This document shows, piece by piece, positions 12,070-24,797 of a stretch of 64,000 nt of DNA. Origin of the DNA: Chiloscyllium plagiosum (Eukaryota); the NCBI RefSeq assembly GCF_004010195.1, contig NC_057719.1:57330246-57394245 (forward strand). The letters run 5' to 3'. The position numbers were made by a program, and so were the translations under genes. The notes beneath the pieces were generated by a model. It searched no databases, had not been told where the DNA came from, and worked only from the letters and a program-made list of their open reading frames with translations. Numbering within the stretch: the stretch's first letter is position 1; the number at the start of each line of letters is the position of its first letter.

Positions 12070-14217
12070 CTTTAGGTTCAATGAAGAGTCCAGAAGAATG
12101 CCAGGATCAGCACCAGGTATACCGAAAAATAAAGGTATCACCCTGGTAAAGCTGTAATACAGGATGACTGGAGCAAGTGACAGGGCTAAGCCATTCCACA
12201 ATCAACAGATCAGATCAAAGCTCTGTCGTCCTGCTGTATCCATCATGAATGTTGGTGATCAATTAGACAACTCACTGGCGGCTCATACAGATATTCGTAT
12301 CCTCATGAATGGGGGAGCTCAGCATATCAGTGAAAAACGCATCAATTCTCCCCCTCCTAGGAAACCAGAATCCCTGATACTTAATCCTAATCTCTCTCTC
12401 CAGGCGCTCAACTCCTTTTGACACCTGACAGTCTTTTACCCTCTCACCTACTTACCAACTATGCTTGGGATGTGTAATTTTAATCAAAAAGTATCCAACA
12501 GGATTGAGTTAATGATAGTAGACAGTTAAGCTACAAATGAGAGGACCAGGCTTCATTTTTATTCACATCTGCAATTCTGGTGGCTTCCACCAGGGCCACT
12601 CTAACTCCAAATATGGACAAAAGGGCTAAAGGCAAGAGGGGAAATGAGGATGTCTGCCTTTAACATTAAGGTGGTATTTGACCATGTGTGTCATCAAAAA
12701 GTTCTAGCAATACTGAGACCAATGGGATCAATGGAAAACCTGCCATTACTTAGAATTATACTTAGTACAAAAGGAAGGCAGTTGTGATTTTTGGAGATCA
12801 ATCATCTCTGTCTTAGGATATCTATGTTCTCCAGCCTGAAGCGGAGGGAGACAGCCAGCGGGCTGGAGGCCCGAGCAGAGCGGGATGGCCAGTGTGCCTG
12901 GAGTGGAGCAGGGACAGTTGTTGGTCTGGGGACTTGTGTGTGAGTGGTCAGTGGCTTGCGAGCCCAGTCAGACCATGGGTGGAAGCCTTTTACATCGAAC
13001 TACTGCAATGTGATATTTATCTTTTAACTGACTTTAATGTTTATTCTTTTAACTTTATTTCTTATTCTTCTAATTTATACAATAAATCTCTGTAATGTAA
13101 TGTAACATTTCTTCTTTATTTCTCTATTTTATATCTATGACTTGTACTGAGGTACTTTGTACCTAAGTTGGTGCTGTGAGGGGCACCATTATAAACTTTG
13201 AGTAAACGTGACAATAAACCTAAATCTAATTCTAATTCTAACCTTTGCAGGGGTTTCTTAAGTTATAGTCCAAGGCCCAACCATTTTCAGCTGCTTCATC
13301 AATGACTTTCTCTCCATAATAAAATCAGAAGTAGGGACAGTCGCTGATAGTTACTCCATGTTCAATCCTTTTTACAACTTTCAGAAGATTCAGAAAGTCG
13401 CTGCAGCCAAATGCAGCAAAACCTGCACTTGCCACTCATAGTGACAAGTACATGCATGCTTCACAAGTGTTAGGTAATGACAATCTCCAACAAGAGAGGA
13501 CCCAACCAATTCCCATTTACATTCAGTGATTACCAATGCTGAATACCTCAACCGCTTGGGATTACCATTGGGAAGAAAATAAAATGGGCCAAATAAATAC
13601 TGTGGCTTAAAAATCATGTCAGCGACTGGAATTCTGTGGCAACTAACGCACCTCCTATCTGACCTGTGCCTATCCACTATCTTCAGGCAAAAAAGTCAGA
13701 AGAATGCTAGAATTCTCTCCCCTTTGCCTTAATAACTGCACCTCCAAAAACATTCAACAAGCTTGATGCCATGCTGGAAAAAGCAATCCACATGATCAGA
13801 TCCACATCCATCACTTTCTCCATTCACTTCCTTCAACACCGACGTACTGTGACAGTGGTGTGTACTATTTGTAAGATGTATCGCAGCAACTGACCAAGGT
13901 TCCTTTAACATCTTCCAAACCTATAGCCTCTAACAGCCTGAAAGTGTTACGGCAACAGATGCACGGGGATACCATCACTTGTAAGATCACCTTCAAGACA
14001 CACAACATTCTGACTTCAAACTATAGCACCCTTTCTTCACTGTTGCATTGTCAAAAGCATGTAACTCTTTTCCAAACTGTGAGTGTATATACAGCACATG
14101 GACTGCAGTATATCAAACAGCTTGTTCAACAGCAACCTCTCAAGGACAATGGCAGATGGACAACAAAATCTGGCCTAGCTTGCGAAGGCTATATCCTGTC
14201 AAAGAATTTAAAAAAAG
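12070..14217 (+). mobile_element. Second LINE family, decayed copy (linker, RT, 3' end)
   Basis: Colinear with the minus-strand copies at 10331-11365 and 25113-28073 (GGCCCAACCATTTTCAGCTGCTTCATCAATGAC; A-rich end at ~14210). Confidence 0.75.
12827..13241 (+). mobile_element. Non-coding retroposon with GC-rich body and GTGACAATAAA+(TTCTAA)n tail
   Basis: Interrupts the host LINE just before its GVPQGS-region; ends GTGACAATAAACCTAAATCTAATTCTAATTCTA. Confidence 0.6.
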
Positions 14218-14364
14218 GAAATTTTACTGAACCAAGTTTAGTGCCCAATTTACACTATGATTTGACCTTCCATTGAAGTTGATGGAAAGTAGAATTTTGC
14301 AAGGTGTAAAGTAGATTGCTAATGCCATCTGGCAGTTTTCTATCAGATAGACTCGGTTCCTTTT

Positions 14365-14897
14365 AGATTCATAGATCATAGAGATGTACAGACCCTTCGG
14401 TCCAACCCGTCCATGCCGACCAGATATCCCAACCCAATCTAGTCCCACCTGCCAGCACCCGGCCCATATCCCTCCAAACCCTTCCTATTCATATACCCAT
14501 CCAAATGCCTCTTAAATGTTGCAATTGTACCAGCCTCCACCACATCCTCTGGCAGCTCATTCCATACATGTNNNNNNNNNNNNNNNNNNNNNNNNNNNNN
14601 NNNNNNNNNNNNNNNNNNNNNNNNNNNNNNNNNNNNNNTTTCACAACATCTTTCTGATAGGAAGGAGACCAGAATTGCACACAATATTCCAACAGTGGCC
14701 TAACCAATGTCCTGTACAGCTGCAACATGACCTCCCAACTCCTGTACTCAATACTCTGACCAATAAAGGAAAGCATATCAAACGCCTCTTCACTATCCTA
14801 TCTACCTGCGACTCCCCTTTCAGGAAGTTATGAACCTGCACTCCAAGGTCTCTTTGTTCAGCAACACTCCCTAGGAACTTACCATTAAGTGTATAAT
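14365..14897 (-). mobile_element. Young CR1 (HER1-like) 3' fragment
   Basis: LYRTLVRPLLEYCVQFWSP and WNELPEDVVEAGTIATFKRHLD motifs; 8-bp-type tail repeat at 14365-14383. Confidence 0.92.
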
Positions 14898-15413
14898 AAC
14901 TTTCAGTCTTTGATTGTATATCATTTCATAAAATGAAAGTTTGATGTAATTTTACTTCCAATTTAAGGGAAGTACACATTTACTAATATATACTATTCAG
15001 CATTTAAATTCTTACAGTGACTCCAATTGATTTGGAATTACTGCTAAACTAGTCATGAAACAAGAGAAATATGGTTTAAAACGAGATAAAAATAAATAAC
15101 ATGAATTTGCTTCGTGAATCTACCTCTCTGCATTCTGACAATAACACTGACCAGATGGTGGAGCAGTCAGATATCACACAGAGAACGGAGAGAGATTCAT
15201 GCTCAGTAACTTCTCAATTGAATTTGATGGTGTGGACTAAACAGCCATTCACGTCAAAATAAAAATTATTCAAAATATGAGTGTTAGTAGAAGTCCAATA
15301 CTGACAGAATGCTGTCCCAACAAGTAGAGATTATTAATGTTCATTCATGAATTAAAGCTAAATTGTGGTTCATGTCCACTGGATGAAGTTCAAGTCTAAA
15401 AATGTATCTGCAT

Positions 15414-15447
15414 AACACGACAATCTGCAAAACACGACAATCTGCAA
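15414..15447. repeat. Perfect 17-bp tandem duplication
   Basis: AACACGACAATCTGCAA x2. Confidence 0.95.
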
Positions 15448-15921
15448 GGATATTTATTCAATTCATATGAAGTATTGCAGTAACATACATTTCATACATT
15501 TTTTTCAAAATTATTTCCTCAATACAAGTTTTGCTAACAAACTAAAATACCTAAAAAAAGTCCCAGACTTGGTGAACTATAACTTCCATTTAATTTAGAG
15601 TGCAAAGAATTGTACCTATTTTAAGCATTTAATTGCATGGAGGTCAGTAGGTTAAATGAATTAAATAGTGGAAAACAGGTTGGACTATTACTGTTGCACA
15701 GTGAATCCCTTCTCTGCAAGTCTCTTTTGCAGTGGTTCCCTCACTCTTTGTCTTTAATTCAATACAACTGCGGTCCTCTATTCACAATCCGTAGCATATT
15801 GACTTCAATTCTAACTTTTAATCATTGCCTTGCTGTGTACCAAATGCAAATGCTTCATGATCACTAACACCATATCACTATAATTTGCACTGAGATCCTC
15901 ACATGCAAAAAAACCCACTAA

Positions 15922-16092
15922 TTCAGAAATTCCAAGAGAAACCCAGCAGGTCTGGCGGCACCTGAAAGCAGAGTAAAATGTTTCCGATCCAGTGACCCTT
16001 CCTTGGAGCTCTGTTGATCTGACGAGTTTCTCCCATAACTTTTGTATTGGTTTCAGATACAACAGCATCCGTAGTTCTTTGTTTTTTATTTT
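15922..16092 (+). mobile_element. Old fold-back PLE-terminus insertion (family D)
   Basis: Imperfect inverted arms; minus strand carries decayed GGAAGGGTCACTGGATCGGAAAC; tail CAGCATCCGTAGTTCTTTGTTTTTTATT shared with 62843-62870 and, inverted, 20400-20425. Confidence 0.55.
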
Positions 16093-16479
16093 CTAGTGTA
16101 ATAAACAGCATCTTGTTGAAAACAAATGCCTCTTCGCTTTAGACTAGAAAGCGATTTTCCTGTACCAAATTAGGCCAATGGGCCCTATATATCTCTACCC
16201 TAAAAGAAGATTGTAACAATAAATGTAACCCAGAACAAACAAGAGCATGGATAGCCTTTATAGCACGGTGAACCATGGTGTGTGGATTCCATTTAGCTGC
16301 CTCAGACCAAATGCTTGCACCACTGGATATCTGAATGTTTCTTCACAAAGTTTTAAAGAAGCCAACTCATACTTCAAGATCTGTACAGAAACAATAACCT
16401 CATGTCAAAATTCAACATTCGATGGAAAAGCATTTCAGACCTGGTAAGGGACATGCAGCAGCAGGAGAATTAATTACAT

Positions 16480-16930
16480 CAAGACAGTTACAGATTGAAC
16501 CAGGTATTGTCGGTGTGGTCCTGAACCAGGGTCCAGGCAGACAATAAACAAACAATGGAAGCTCTGTGAATATAACCAAGGTCCTTAGTGGGCAAGTTCA
16601 AACCATTTTTTAAAAATGAAGCATAATTACAGTAAAGTGCTTGCAGCTGTAAAAGACTGTCTAGTCCAATGAATTGTATTGACATTCGAGTTGGATAATG
16701 CCAATGCATGGGATGTCAGACCCATTGTAAGCAGTCAGCTTACCTTGTGTGGACTGTACTATATTTGTCAGTTGCCGAGTACATCTTATGTGAGATGCAT
16801 AAAAGGATGCTTTATGCATTGCACAAAATGTCAATTTTGGCCTATAATGCATGTTGTGCATTCCTATTGGGATATCTCACTTGGATGGAGGTAAAGGCTT
16901 CAGCTTTCCTCACAGTGTCAGTGTAGTGTG
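16480..16930 (-). mobile_element. Decayed Gypsy-type gag/protease-region fragment
   Basis: EAFTSIQV, AKIDI (decayed KIDTG) and KLTAYNGSDIPCIGIIQLECQY resemble the protease region of Ty3/Gypsy polyproteins. Confidence 0.5.
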
Positions 16931-17194
16931 TGAGGTGTACTGCATATATTATCTGATTGAGGTCTGCAATCGACAATGTTTAGGTTACCTCTCAAAGTTT
17001 GTTGACATATTTGTGTGCCATGAGTGCATCTTGGAAGGCTTTGTTGCTTGGTCAGCCCTTCAAAAATTGCTGTGGATCATTGTGTTGCAACTTTATGTTT
17101 CTCTGTGTAATTTAACTTGCTGCTCATCTTAGCTTGGAACACCTGTTGAAAAACAGAGCTTGCTTATATCACAAAATGCTGAACATTATCTTGG

Positions 17195-17725
17195 TAGTTG
17201 AGACATTGCACTACACAGGATATTGGCGAGGCTGCTTTTAGAATATTACATACAATTCTTGTCACCCTTCTATAGGAAGAATGTTGTTAAATGTGAGACA
17301 AAAAAAAATTACAAGCATGTTGCCAGAACTAGAGAGTTTGAGTCATAGTGAGAAGCTAAATAGGCTGGGATTTTATCCCTCGAGCTGACAAGTGACCTGA
17401 TATAAATTTATAAGATCATGAGGACCTTGGATAGGTCTTTTCCCCAGGGTGAGGGAGTCTAAAGCTAGAGGGCATATGATTAAGGTGAGAAGAAAAGATT
17501 TAAAAGGGACTGAGGAGGAACTTTTTTAAAGAGAGGATGGTGCGTGTATGGAATGACCTGCCAGAGGAAGTGATAGAGAGACGTACAAGACGTCTGGATG
17601 GGTATATGAATAGGAAGGGTTTAGAGGGGGATGGCCTAAATGCTGGCAAATGGGTTGAGGTCAGATTGGGATGATCAGCATGGAAAAGTTGAACCAAAGA
17701 GTTTGTTTGCATGTTGCATGATCTA
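17195..17725 (+). mobile_element. Older CR1 3' fragment
   Basis: Colinear with young CR1 3' ends (GGAATGACCTGCCAGAGGAAGTG; GGATGGGTATATGAATAGGAAGGG). Confidence 0.85.
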
Positions 17726-20341
17726 TCTCAAGGATCAAGGATGTCTCAGAGGGAGTGCAGAACGTTCTCAAGGAGGAGAGGGGCCAGCAAGATATCATTG
17801 TACACATTGGAACCAACAACATAGGAAGGAAACAGGATTCTGAAGGGAGAACATAGAAAGTTAGGCAAAATTTAAAAAGGAGGTTCTCGAGGGTAATAAT
17901 ATCTGAATTACTCCCAGTGTTATGAGCTACTCAGGGCAGAAATGGGAGGATAGAGCAGATGAATGTATGGCTGAGGAGCTGGTGTATGGGAGAAGGATTC
18001 ACATTTTTGGATCATTGGAATCTCTTTTGGGGTAGAAGTGACCTGTACAAGAAGGACAGTTGTACCTAAATTGGAAGAGGACTAATATACTGGCAGGGAG
18101 ATTTGCTACAACTGCTCGGGAAGATTTAAACTAGTAAGGTGGGGGGTGTTGGGAGTGGGACCCAAGGAGATAGTGAGGAAAGAGATCAATCTGAGACTGG
18201 TAGAGTTGAGAAAAGAAGCAAGTCAAACAGATGGGGTAGGCAGGGATAAAGGAGAGAACAAGGTAGAACTGATAAATTAAACTGCATTTATTTCAATGCA
18301 AGAGGCCTAAAAGGAAAGGCAGATGAACTCAGGGCATGGTTAGAACATGGGACTGGGATATTATAGCAATTACAGAAACATTGCTCAGGGATGGACAGGA
18401 CTGGCAGCTTATTGTTCCAGGATACAAATGCTACAGGAAGGTTGGAAGGGAGGCAAGAGAGGAGGGGGAGTGGAGTTTTTGATAAACTGAGTTTTGTACT
18501 GAGGGAGGATATTCCTGGAAATACATCCAGGGAAGTTATTTAGGTGGAACTGAAAAATAAGAAAGGGATGATCACCTTATTGGGATTGTATTATAGACCC
18601 CTGAATTGTCAGAGGGAAATTGAGAAACCAATTTGTAAGGAGATCTCAGTTAGCTGTAAAAATAATAGGGTGGTTATGGTAGGGGATTTTCAAACATAGA
18701 CTGGGACTGCATGGTGTTAAAGGTTTAGATGGACAGGGATGTGTTAGGTGTGTACAAGAAAATTTTCTGATTCAGTCTGTGGATGTACCTACTAGAGAAG
18801 GTGCAAAACTTGACCTACTCTTGGCAAATAAGGCAAGGCAGGTGACTGAGGTGTCAGTGGGGGTGCACTTTGGGGCCAGTGACCATAATTCTATTAGTTT
18901 TAAAATAATGATGGAAAAGAATAGAACAGGTCTAAAAGTTGAAGTTCGAAACTGGAGAAAGGCCAAATTTGACGATATTAGGCAAAAACTTTCAAAAGCT
19001 GATTCGGTGCAGATGTTCGCAGGTAAAGCGACAGCTGGAAAATGGGAAGCCTTCAGGAATGAGATAATGAGAATCCAGAGACAGTATATTCCTTTTCGGG
19101 TAAAACAGAAGGCTGGTAGGTGTAGAGAATGCTGGATAACTAAATATATTGAGGGTTTGGTTAAGAAAAAGAAGGAATCATATGTTATGTATAGACAAGA
19201 TAGATTAACTGAATCCTTAGAAGAGTATAAAGGCAGTAGGAGGACACTTAAGAGGGAAATCAGGAGGGCAAAACGGGGACATGAGATAGCTTTGGCAAAT
19301 AGAGTTAAGAAGAATCCAAAGGTTTTTTTACAAATACATTAAGGACAAAATGGTGTCCAGGGAGAAAATAAGGCCCCTCAAATATCAGCAAGGTGGGCTT
19401 TGTGTGGAGATGCAGGAGATGGGGGAGATACTAAACGAGTATTTTGCATCAGTATTTACTGTGGAAAAGGATATAGAAGACATAGAATGTAGGGAAATAG
19501 GTTGTGACATCTTGAAAAAATGTCCATATTACAGAGGAGAAAGCGTTGGATGTCTTGAAATGCATAAAAGTGGATAAATCTTAGCAGGACATATACACTT
19601 AATGGTAAGGTCCAAGAGATTGTTGCTGAACAAAGATACCTTGGAATGCAGGATCATAGCTCCTTGAAAGTAGAGTCGCAGATAGATAGGATAGTGAAGA
19701 AGGCGTTTGGTCTGCTTTCCTTTATTGGACAGAGTATTGAGTTCAGAAGTTGGGAGGTCATTTTGCGTCTGTACAGAACATTGGTTTGGCCATTTTTGGA
19801 ATATTGTGTGCAGTTCTGGTCTCCTTCCTATCGGAAAAATGTTGTGAAACTTGAAAGGTTTCAGAAAAGATTTCCAAGGATGTTGCCAGGGTTGGAGATT
19901 TGAGCGATAGGGAAAGGTTGAATAAGCTGAGGCTGTTTTACCTGGAGCGTCGGAAGGTGGGGGGTGACTTTATAGAGGTTTATAAAATCATGAGGTGCAT
20001 GGATAGGATAAATAGACAAAGTCTTTTCCCTGGGGTCAGGGAGTCCAGAACTAGAGGGCATAGGTTTAGGGTGAGAGGGGAAAGATATAAAAGAGACCTA
20101 AGCGGCAATGTTTTCACACAGAGTGTGATGCGTTGTGGAATGGGTTGCCAGACGAAGTGGTGGAGACTGGTACAATTGCAACATTTAAGAGGCATTTGGA
20201 TGGGTATATGAATAGGAAGGGTTTGGAGGGATATGGACCGGGTGCTGGCAGGTGGGACTAGATTGGGTTGGGATATCTGGTCGGCATGGACAAGCTGGGT
20301 CTGTTTCCATGCTGTACATCTCGATGAATCTATGACTCTAA
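17726..20341 (+). mobile_element. CR1 copy: ORF1 esterase C-terminus, ORF2 endonuclease and linker, RT core deleted, 3' end
   Basis: VHIGTNNI (SGNH-like ORF1); NARGL..KADEL, YYRP, PTREGAKLDLLL..SDHNSI (APE endonuclease); ORF 19646-19903; tail TCTATGACTCTA. Confidence 0.92.
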
Positions 20342-20397
20342 GTACTTTGTTAAAGGATTGATGGATGTGGAGGTAATGACCAGTTCCATCTCAGCTG

Positions 20398-20505
20398 AAC
20401 AAAAAGCGAAAGAACTGCGGATGCTAAGGAAGTGTCACTCCACCTGAAACAGTAACAGATGCTGAGAGACCTGCTGAGCTTTTCCAGCAATCTTTGTTTT
20501 TATTC
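20398..20505. mobile_element. Short PLE family D remnant
   Basis: AAGAACTGCGGATGCT followed by GGAAGTGTCACTCCACCTGAAAC (decayed hammerhead-like) and GACCTGCTGAGCTTTTCCAGCAA. Confidence 0.5.
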
Positions 20506-20989
20506 CATTACAGCTAAATTAGCTTTGTTGAAATCATACTCCATAGCTTTGTGTTGACAATTGGTAACACATTAGTCAATCATTTCACCTGGCTGTTGCC
20601 AATATGACATTGACGCAAACCTGTGTGAGTTAAAATTGACTCAAACTTTCAGTTGGTCTTCTAAAATCTGAAAAACGTTTGTCAGCATCTTTGCAATCAT
20701 CAGTAATACCTGATCATTTTATTCTTCACCTTTTATTGTTCAAAGTGAGAAGATTGACTATCAATTTTTCATCAGTTATCTGCAGATCCATAAAATAAAG
20801 ACTGGTTCATTTTATTTATATAACTTAAATTCTGACAGAACCCATGACTAGATATTCACTTTCTGTCTTTCTTTTGCAGCCTTATGCTCTCTAAAATGGC
20901 TGAATTAGAAATTGTACTACAATTTTGAGTTTTTCTAAGTTTTCGATAGCTTCTTGGCTTTATAAGAAACGTTATATGTTGCTGTCACA

Positions 20990-22940
20990 GATTTATTACG
21001 ATGCAGAAAGAAGTCATTTGCCCATCATGCCTGCTCTGACTGTATTATCTAGTTCCATTCTCCTGCCTTGGTCCTATATCCCTGCATACCATTCCTATCC
21101 AAAAAGAAAATCTAGGGCTCTCTTGAATGTCTCAACTGATCCAACCTCTGCTATCTCTCCCAGCAGTGCATTCCAAACTCCAACCATTTGTTAGTGTGAA
21201 AAAGTTTATTCTCACATCTCCTTTGCAATATTTACACATCACTGAATCTATACCCTCTTGTACTTGTTTCTTTTACAAGCAGAGACAGCTTCACCCTATC
21301 TAATCTGTCCAGTCTGCTCTTGATTTTTAACTTTGTCCACCCCAGTCCAACACCGGTACCTCCACATCATTCCTCTGGCAGTTCACTCCACATATGAACT
21401 ACCCTGTGTGAAAATGTTGCCCATCAGGTCCTTTTAAAATCTTTCACCTCTCACCTTAAAATTATGACCCCTATTTTTTAACTTGCCAGGCTGGAATAAG
21501 ACCTTTTGTTATTCACCTTATCTATATGAGCCTCTATAAAGTCACCCCCTCAACCTCCTATGCTCCAGTGAAAGATCCTTCAGCTTACCCAGCCTCTTCT
21601 TATATCTCAAACGGTCTAATCCCGGTAAAATCCTCGTGAATATTTTCTGCACACTCTCCAATTTAATAATATCCTTCCTACAGCAGGGTGACCAGAACTG
21701 TGCACAGTACTCCAAAAGTGGCCTCACCAATGTCCTGTACAACTGCAACATGACCTCCCAAATCCTAAACTCAATTATCTGAGCAATGAAGGCACACATT
21801 CCAAACTCTTTCTTTACCACCCTGTCTGCCTGTGATGCAACTATAACCCTGAACTCCTTGGGCCTCTCTATTCAACAACACTCCCCAGGACCCGATCATT
21901 TACTATGTAAGTCCTTCCCTTGTTTGTCTTATTGAAATGCAACAACTTGCATTTATCCAAATTAAATTCCATCTGCCGTTTCTCAGCCCTTTGGTCCAAT
22001 TGATCAAGAGTGTCTTTGTAATCTGAGATAATCTTCCTCACTGTCTACTATACCACCAATTTTGATATCATCCGCAAACTTACTAACCATGCTTCCTATA
22101 TTCTCATCCAAATCATTTATTAAACGACAAACCAAAGTGGACCTAGCACCAATCCCTGCAGAACACCGCTGCTCACAGGCCTCCATTTAGAAAATCAACC
22201 ACCACCTTCTGTCTCCTACTGTCAAGCCAATTTTGTTTCCAATTGGCAATCTTTCCTTGAATCCCATGTGATCTACCTTTACTAACCGGTCTACCATATG
22301 AAATCTTGTCAAAGGCTTTACAAAAGTCCACTTAGACAATGTCAAGTGCTCTGCTTTCATCTATTTTCTTGGCCACATCCTCAAAAAACTCAAAGGAGAC
22401 ACAATTTCACACACAAAGCCATGCTGGCTATCCCTAATCAGTCCTTGCCTCTCCAAATGCATGTAAATTCTGTTTCTCAGAATCCCCCTCCAATAACTTA
22501 ACCACCACTGATGTGAGACTCACAGGTCCATAGTTCCCAGGCTTTTCTTTGCAGCCTTTTTATAAAAGTACAACATTAGCTGTCCTTCAGTCCTCCGGCA
22601 CCTCATCCATAGCTAACGATAATACAAATATCTCTGCTATGGCTCCAACAATGTCTTTCTAACTTCCCACAATGAACTGGAATACACGTGATCAGGTCCT
22701 GGAGATTAATCCACTTTTATGCACTCCCTCTTCTGTAATGTGTGCTATTTTCAAGACAGAAATATTTACTTCCTAGTTCCCTAGCTTCCATTTCTTCCTT
22801 TACAGTAAATTGTGAATTGAAATATTTGGTTAGTATCTCTCCCATCTGCTGTGGTTCCTAATACAGATGACCTTGTTGATTTTTAAGAGGCCTATGCTCT
22901 CCCTATTTGCTCTTTGGCCCTTAATATACTTGTAGATTGT
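20990..22940 (-). mobile_element. CR1 ORF2 remnants (composite; short PLE family C tail at ~21321-21370)
   Basis: ORFs 21542-21820 and 22004-22186 (INDLDENIGSMVSKFADDIKIGG). Confidence 0.88.
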
Positions 22941-23230
22941 CTTTACGGCAGATAGTTTTTGGGCTCCAGGTGGGCAGCATCTATTTCCCTGTGTACTTTT
23001 CATCTTTTTCTTTTCTTCTTCTTCACTTCTTCATCTTTGAGGCTGGAGCAGGATCAACAGGGCGGTGGATATTGAACTACAGAAGCAATCATCCCAACAC
23101 CCACAAATGAAGCTGCATTCAGAACATTATTTCAACGAGCCAACACACACTGCAGCACAGAGGAACTACGCAGAGCAGAGGAAAATCACCTATACAGCGT
23201 ATTCAAAAAGAATGGGTACCCAATGAACAC

Positions 23231-24138
23231 CGACTTGACACTGACATTTTCTACAAACCCACCGACTCCCACAGCTACCTGGATTACACCTCTTCCCACC
23301 CTACCTCTTGCAAAAATGCCATCCCGTATTCCCAATTCCTCCGCCTCCGCCGTATCTGCTCCCAGGAGGAGCAGTTCCACCATAGAACACACCAGATGGC
23401 CTCCTTCTTTAGAGACCGCAATTTCCCTTCCCACGTGGTTAAAGATGCCCTCCAACGCATCTCATCCACATCCCACACCTCCGCCCTCAGACCCAACCCC
23501 TCCAACCGCAACAAGGACAGAACGCCCCTCGTGCTCACCTTCCACCCTACCAACCTTCGCATAAATCATCCGCCGACATTTCCGACACCTCCAAACAGAC
23601 CCCACCACCAGGGATATATTTCCCTCCCCACCCCTCTCCACCTTCCGCAAAGACCGTTCCCTCCGTGACTACCTGGTCAGGTCCACGCCCCCCTACGACC
23701 CACCCTCACATCCTGGCACTTTCCCCTGCCACCGCAGGAACTGTAAAACCTGCGCCCACACCTCCTCACTCACCTCTATCCAAGGCCCNNNNNNNNNNNN
23801 NNNNNNNNNNNNNNNNNNNNNNNNNNNNNNNNNNNNNNNNNNNNNNNNNNNNNNNNNNNNNNNNNNNNNNNNNNNNNNNNNNNNNNNNNNNNNNNNNNNN
23901 NNNNNNNNNNNNNNNNNNNNNNNNNNNNNNNNNNNNNNNNNNNNNNNNNNNNNNNNNNNNNNNNNNNNNNNNNCTCTATGCTACTCTATCCCCACCCCCA
24001 CCCTCCTCTAGCTTATCTCTCCACGCTTCAGGCTCTCTGCCTTTATTCCTGATGAAGGGCTTTTGCCCGAAACGTCGATTTTGCCTGTCCTCGAATGCTG
24101 CCTGAATTGCTGTGCTCTTCCAGCACCACTGATCCAGA
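23231..24138 (+). mobile_element. Penelope-like element family A nested in family B
   Basis: 13-bp TSD ACCCAATGAACAC (23218-23230, 24139-24151); TDIFYKPTDSHSYLDYTSSH, PLVLTFHP and PCHRRNCKTCAH motifs. Confidence 0.92.
24049..24076 (+). ncRNA. Minimal type I hammerhead ribozyme motif (intact core)
   Basis: CTGATGA-A-GGGC-TTTT-GCCC-GAAAC-GTC. Confidence 0.82.
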
Positions 24139-24757
24139 ACCCAATGAACACAGTCCACCGATTTCTCAGCAACAAGCCCAAACAAGCAGACAACACGCCC
24201 AGAAACCTTAGCCACTCTCCTCTATATCAAAGACATCTCTAAAATGACTGCCAGACTACTCAGACCCCTTGGCATCATGGTAGCCTGCAAACCCACCAAC
24301 ACATTAAAACAGCAGCTACTGAACTTGAAAGACCCTATACAGACAATGAGCAAAACTAACGTCATTTACAAAATACCATGCAAGGACTGCAACAAACACT
24401 ACATTGGACAAACAGGCAGAAAACTAGCCATCAGGATACATGAACACCAACTAACCACAAAAAGACATAACCCTTTCTCACTAGTATCCTCACATATGGA
24501 TGAGGAAGGATACCACTTCGACTGGGACAACACATCCATCCTAGGACAAGCCAAACAAAGACACGCACGAGAATTCCTAGAAGCATGGCATTCCAATCGG
24601 AACTCAATCAACAAACACATCGAGTTAAACCCCATCTACCACCCCCTGAGAAAAGGAACAGGAAGTGTCTTCATCACAGGAAATAACATCACCAAGCCAA
24701 AGAAACCCAAACATATAAATAGAAAGCAAGAATTTTCAGCATTGCTTCGCCTGAGGC

Positions 24758-24797
24758 CCACTGAAGATGTTACCTTGTAGGGTGATGAAACGTTTGG
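24758..24797 (+). ncRNA. Hammerhead ribozyme motif of PLE family B (partly decayed)
   Basis: CCA-CTGAAGA-T-GTTACC..GGTGAT-GAAAC-GTT-TGG; CCA/TGG stem I, longer stem II, GUU triplet. Confidence 0.65.

Noticed and set aside
15145..15165. CTCF-like motif CCAGATGGTG
   Set aside because: Only a partial match; expected by chance
18779..19342. 187-aa ORF as a host gene
   Set aside because: It is a CR1 ORF2 endonuclease/linker fragment within a frameshifted copy
24244..24780. 178-aa GIY-YIG ORF as a domesticated nuclease
   Set aside because: It is the 3' part of a truncated, interrupted PLE with an upstream stop; nothing indicates selection
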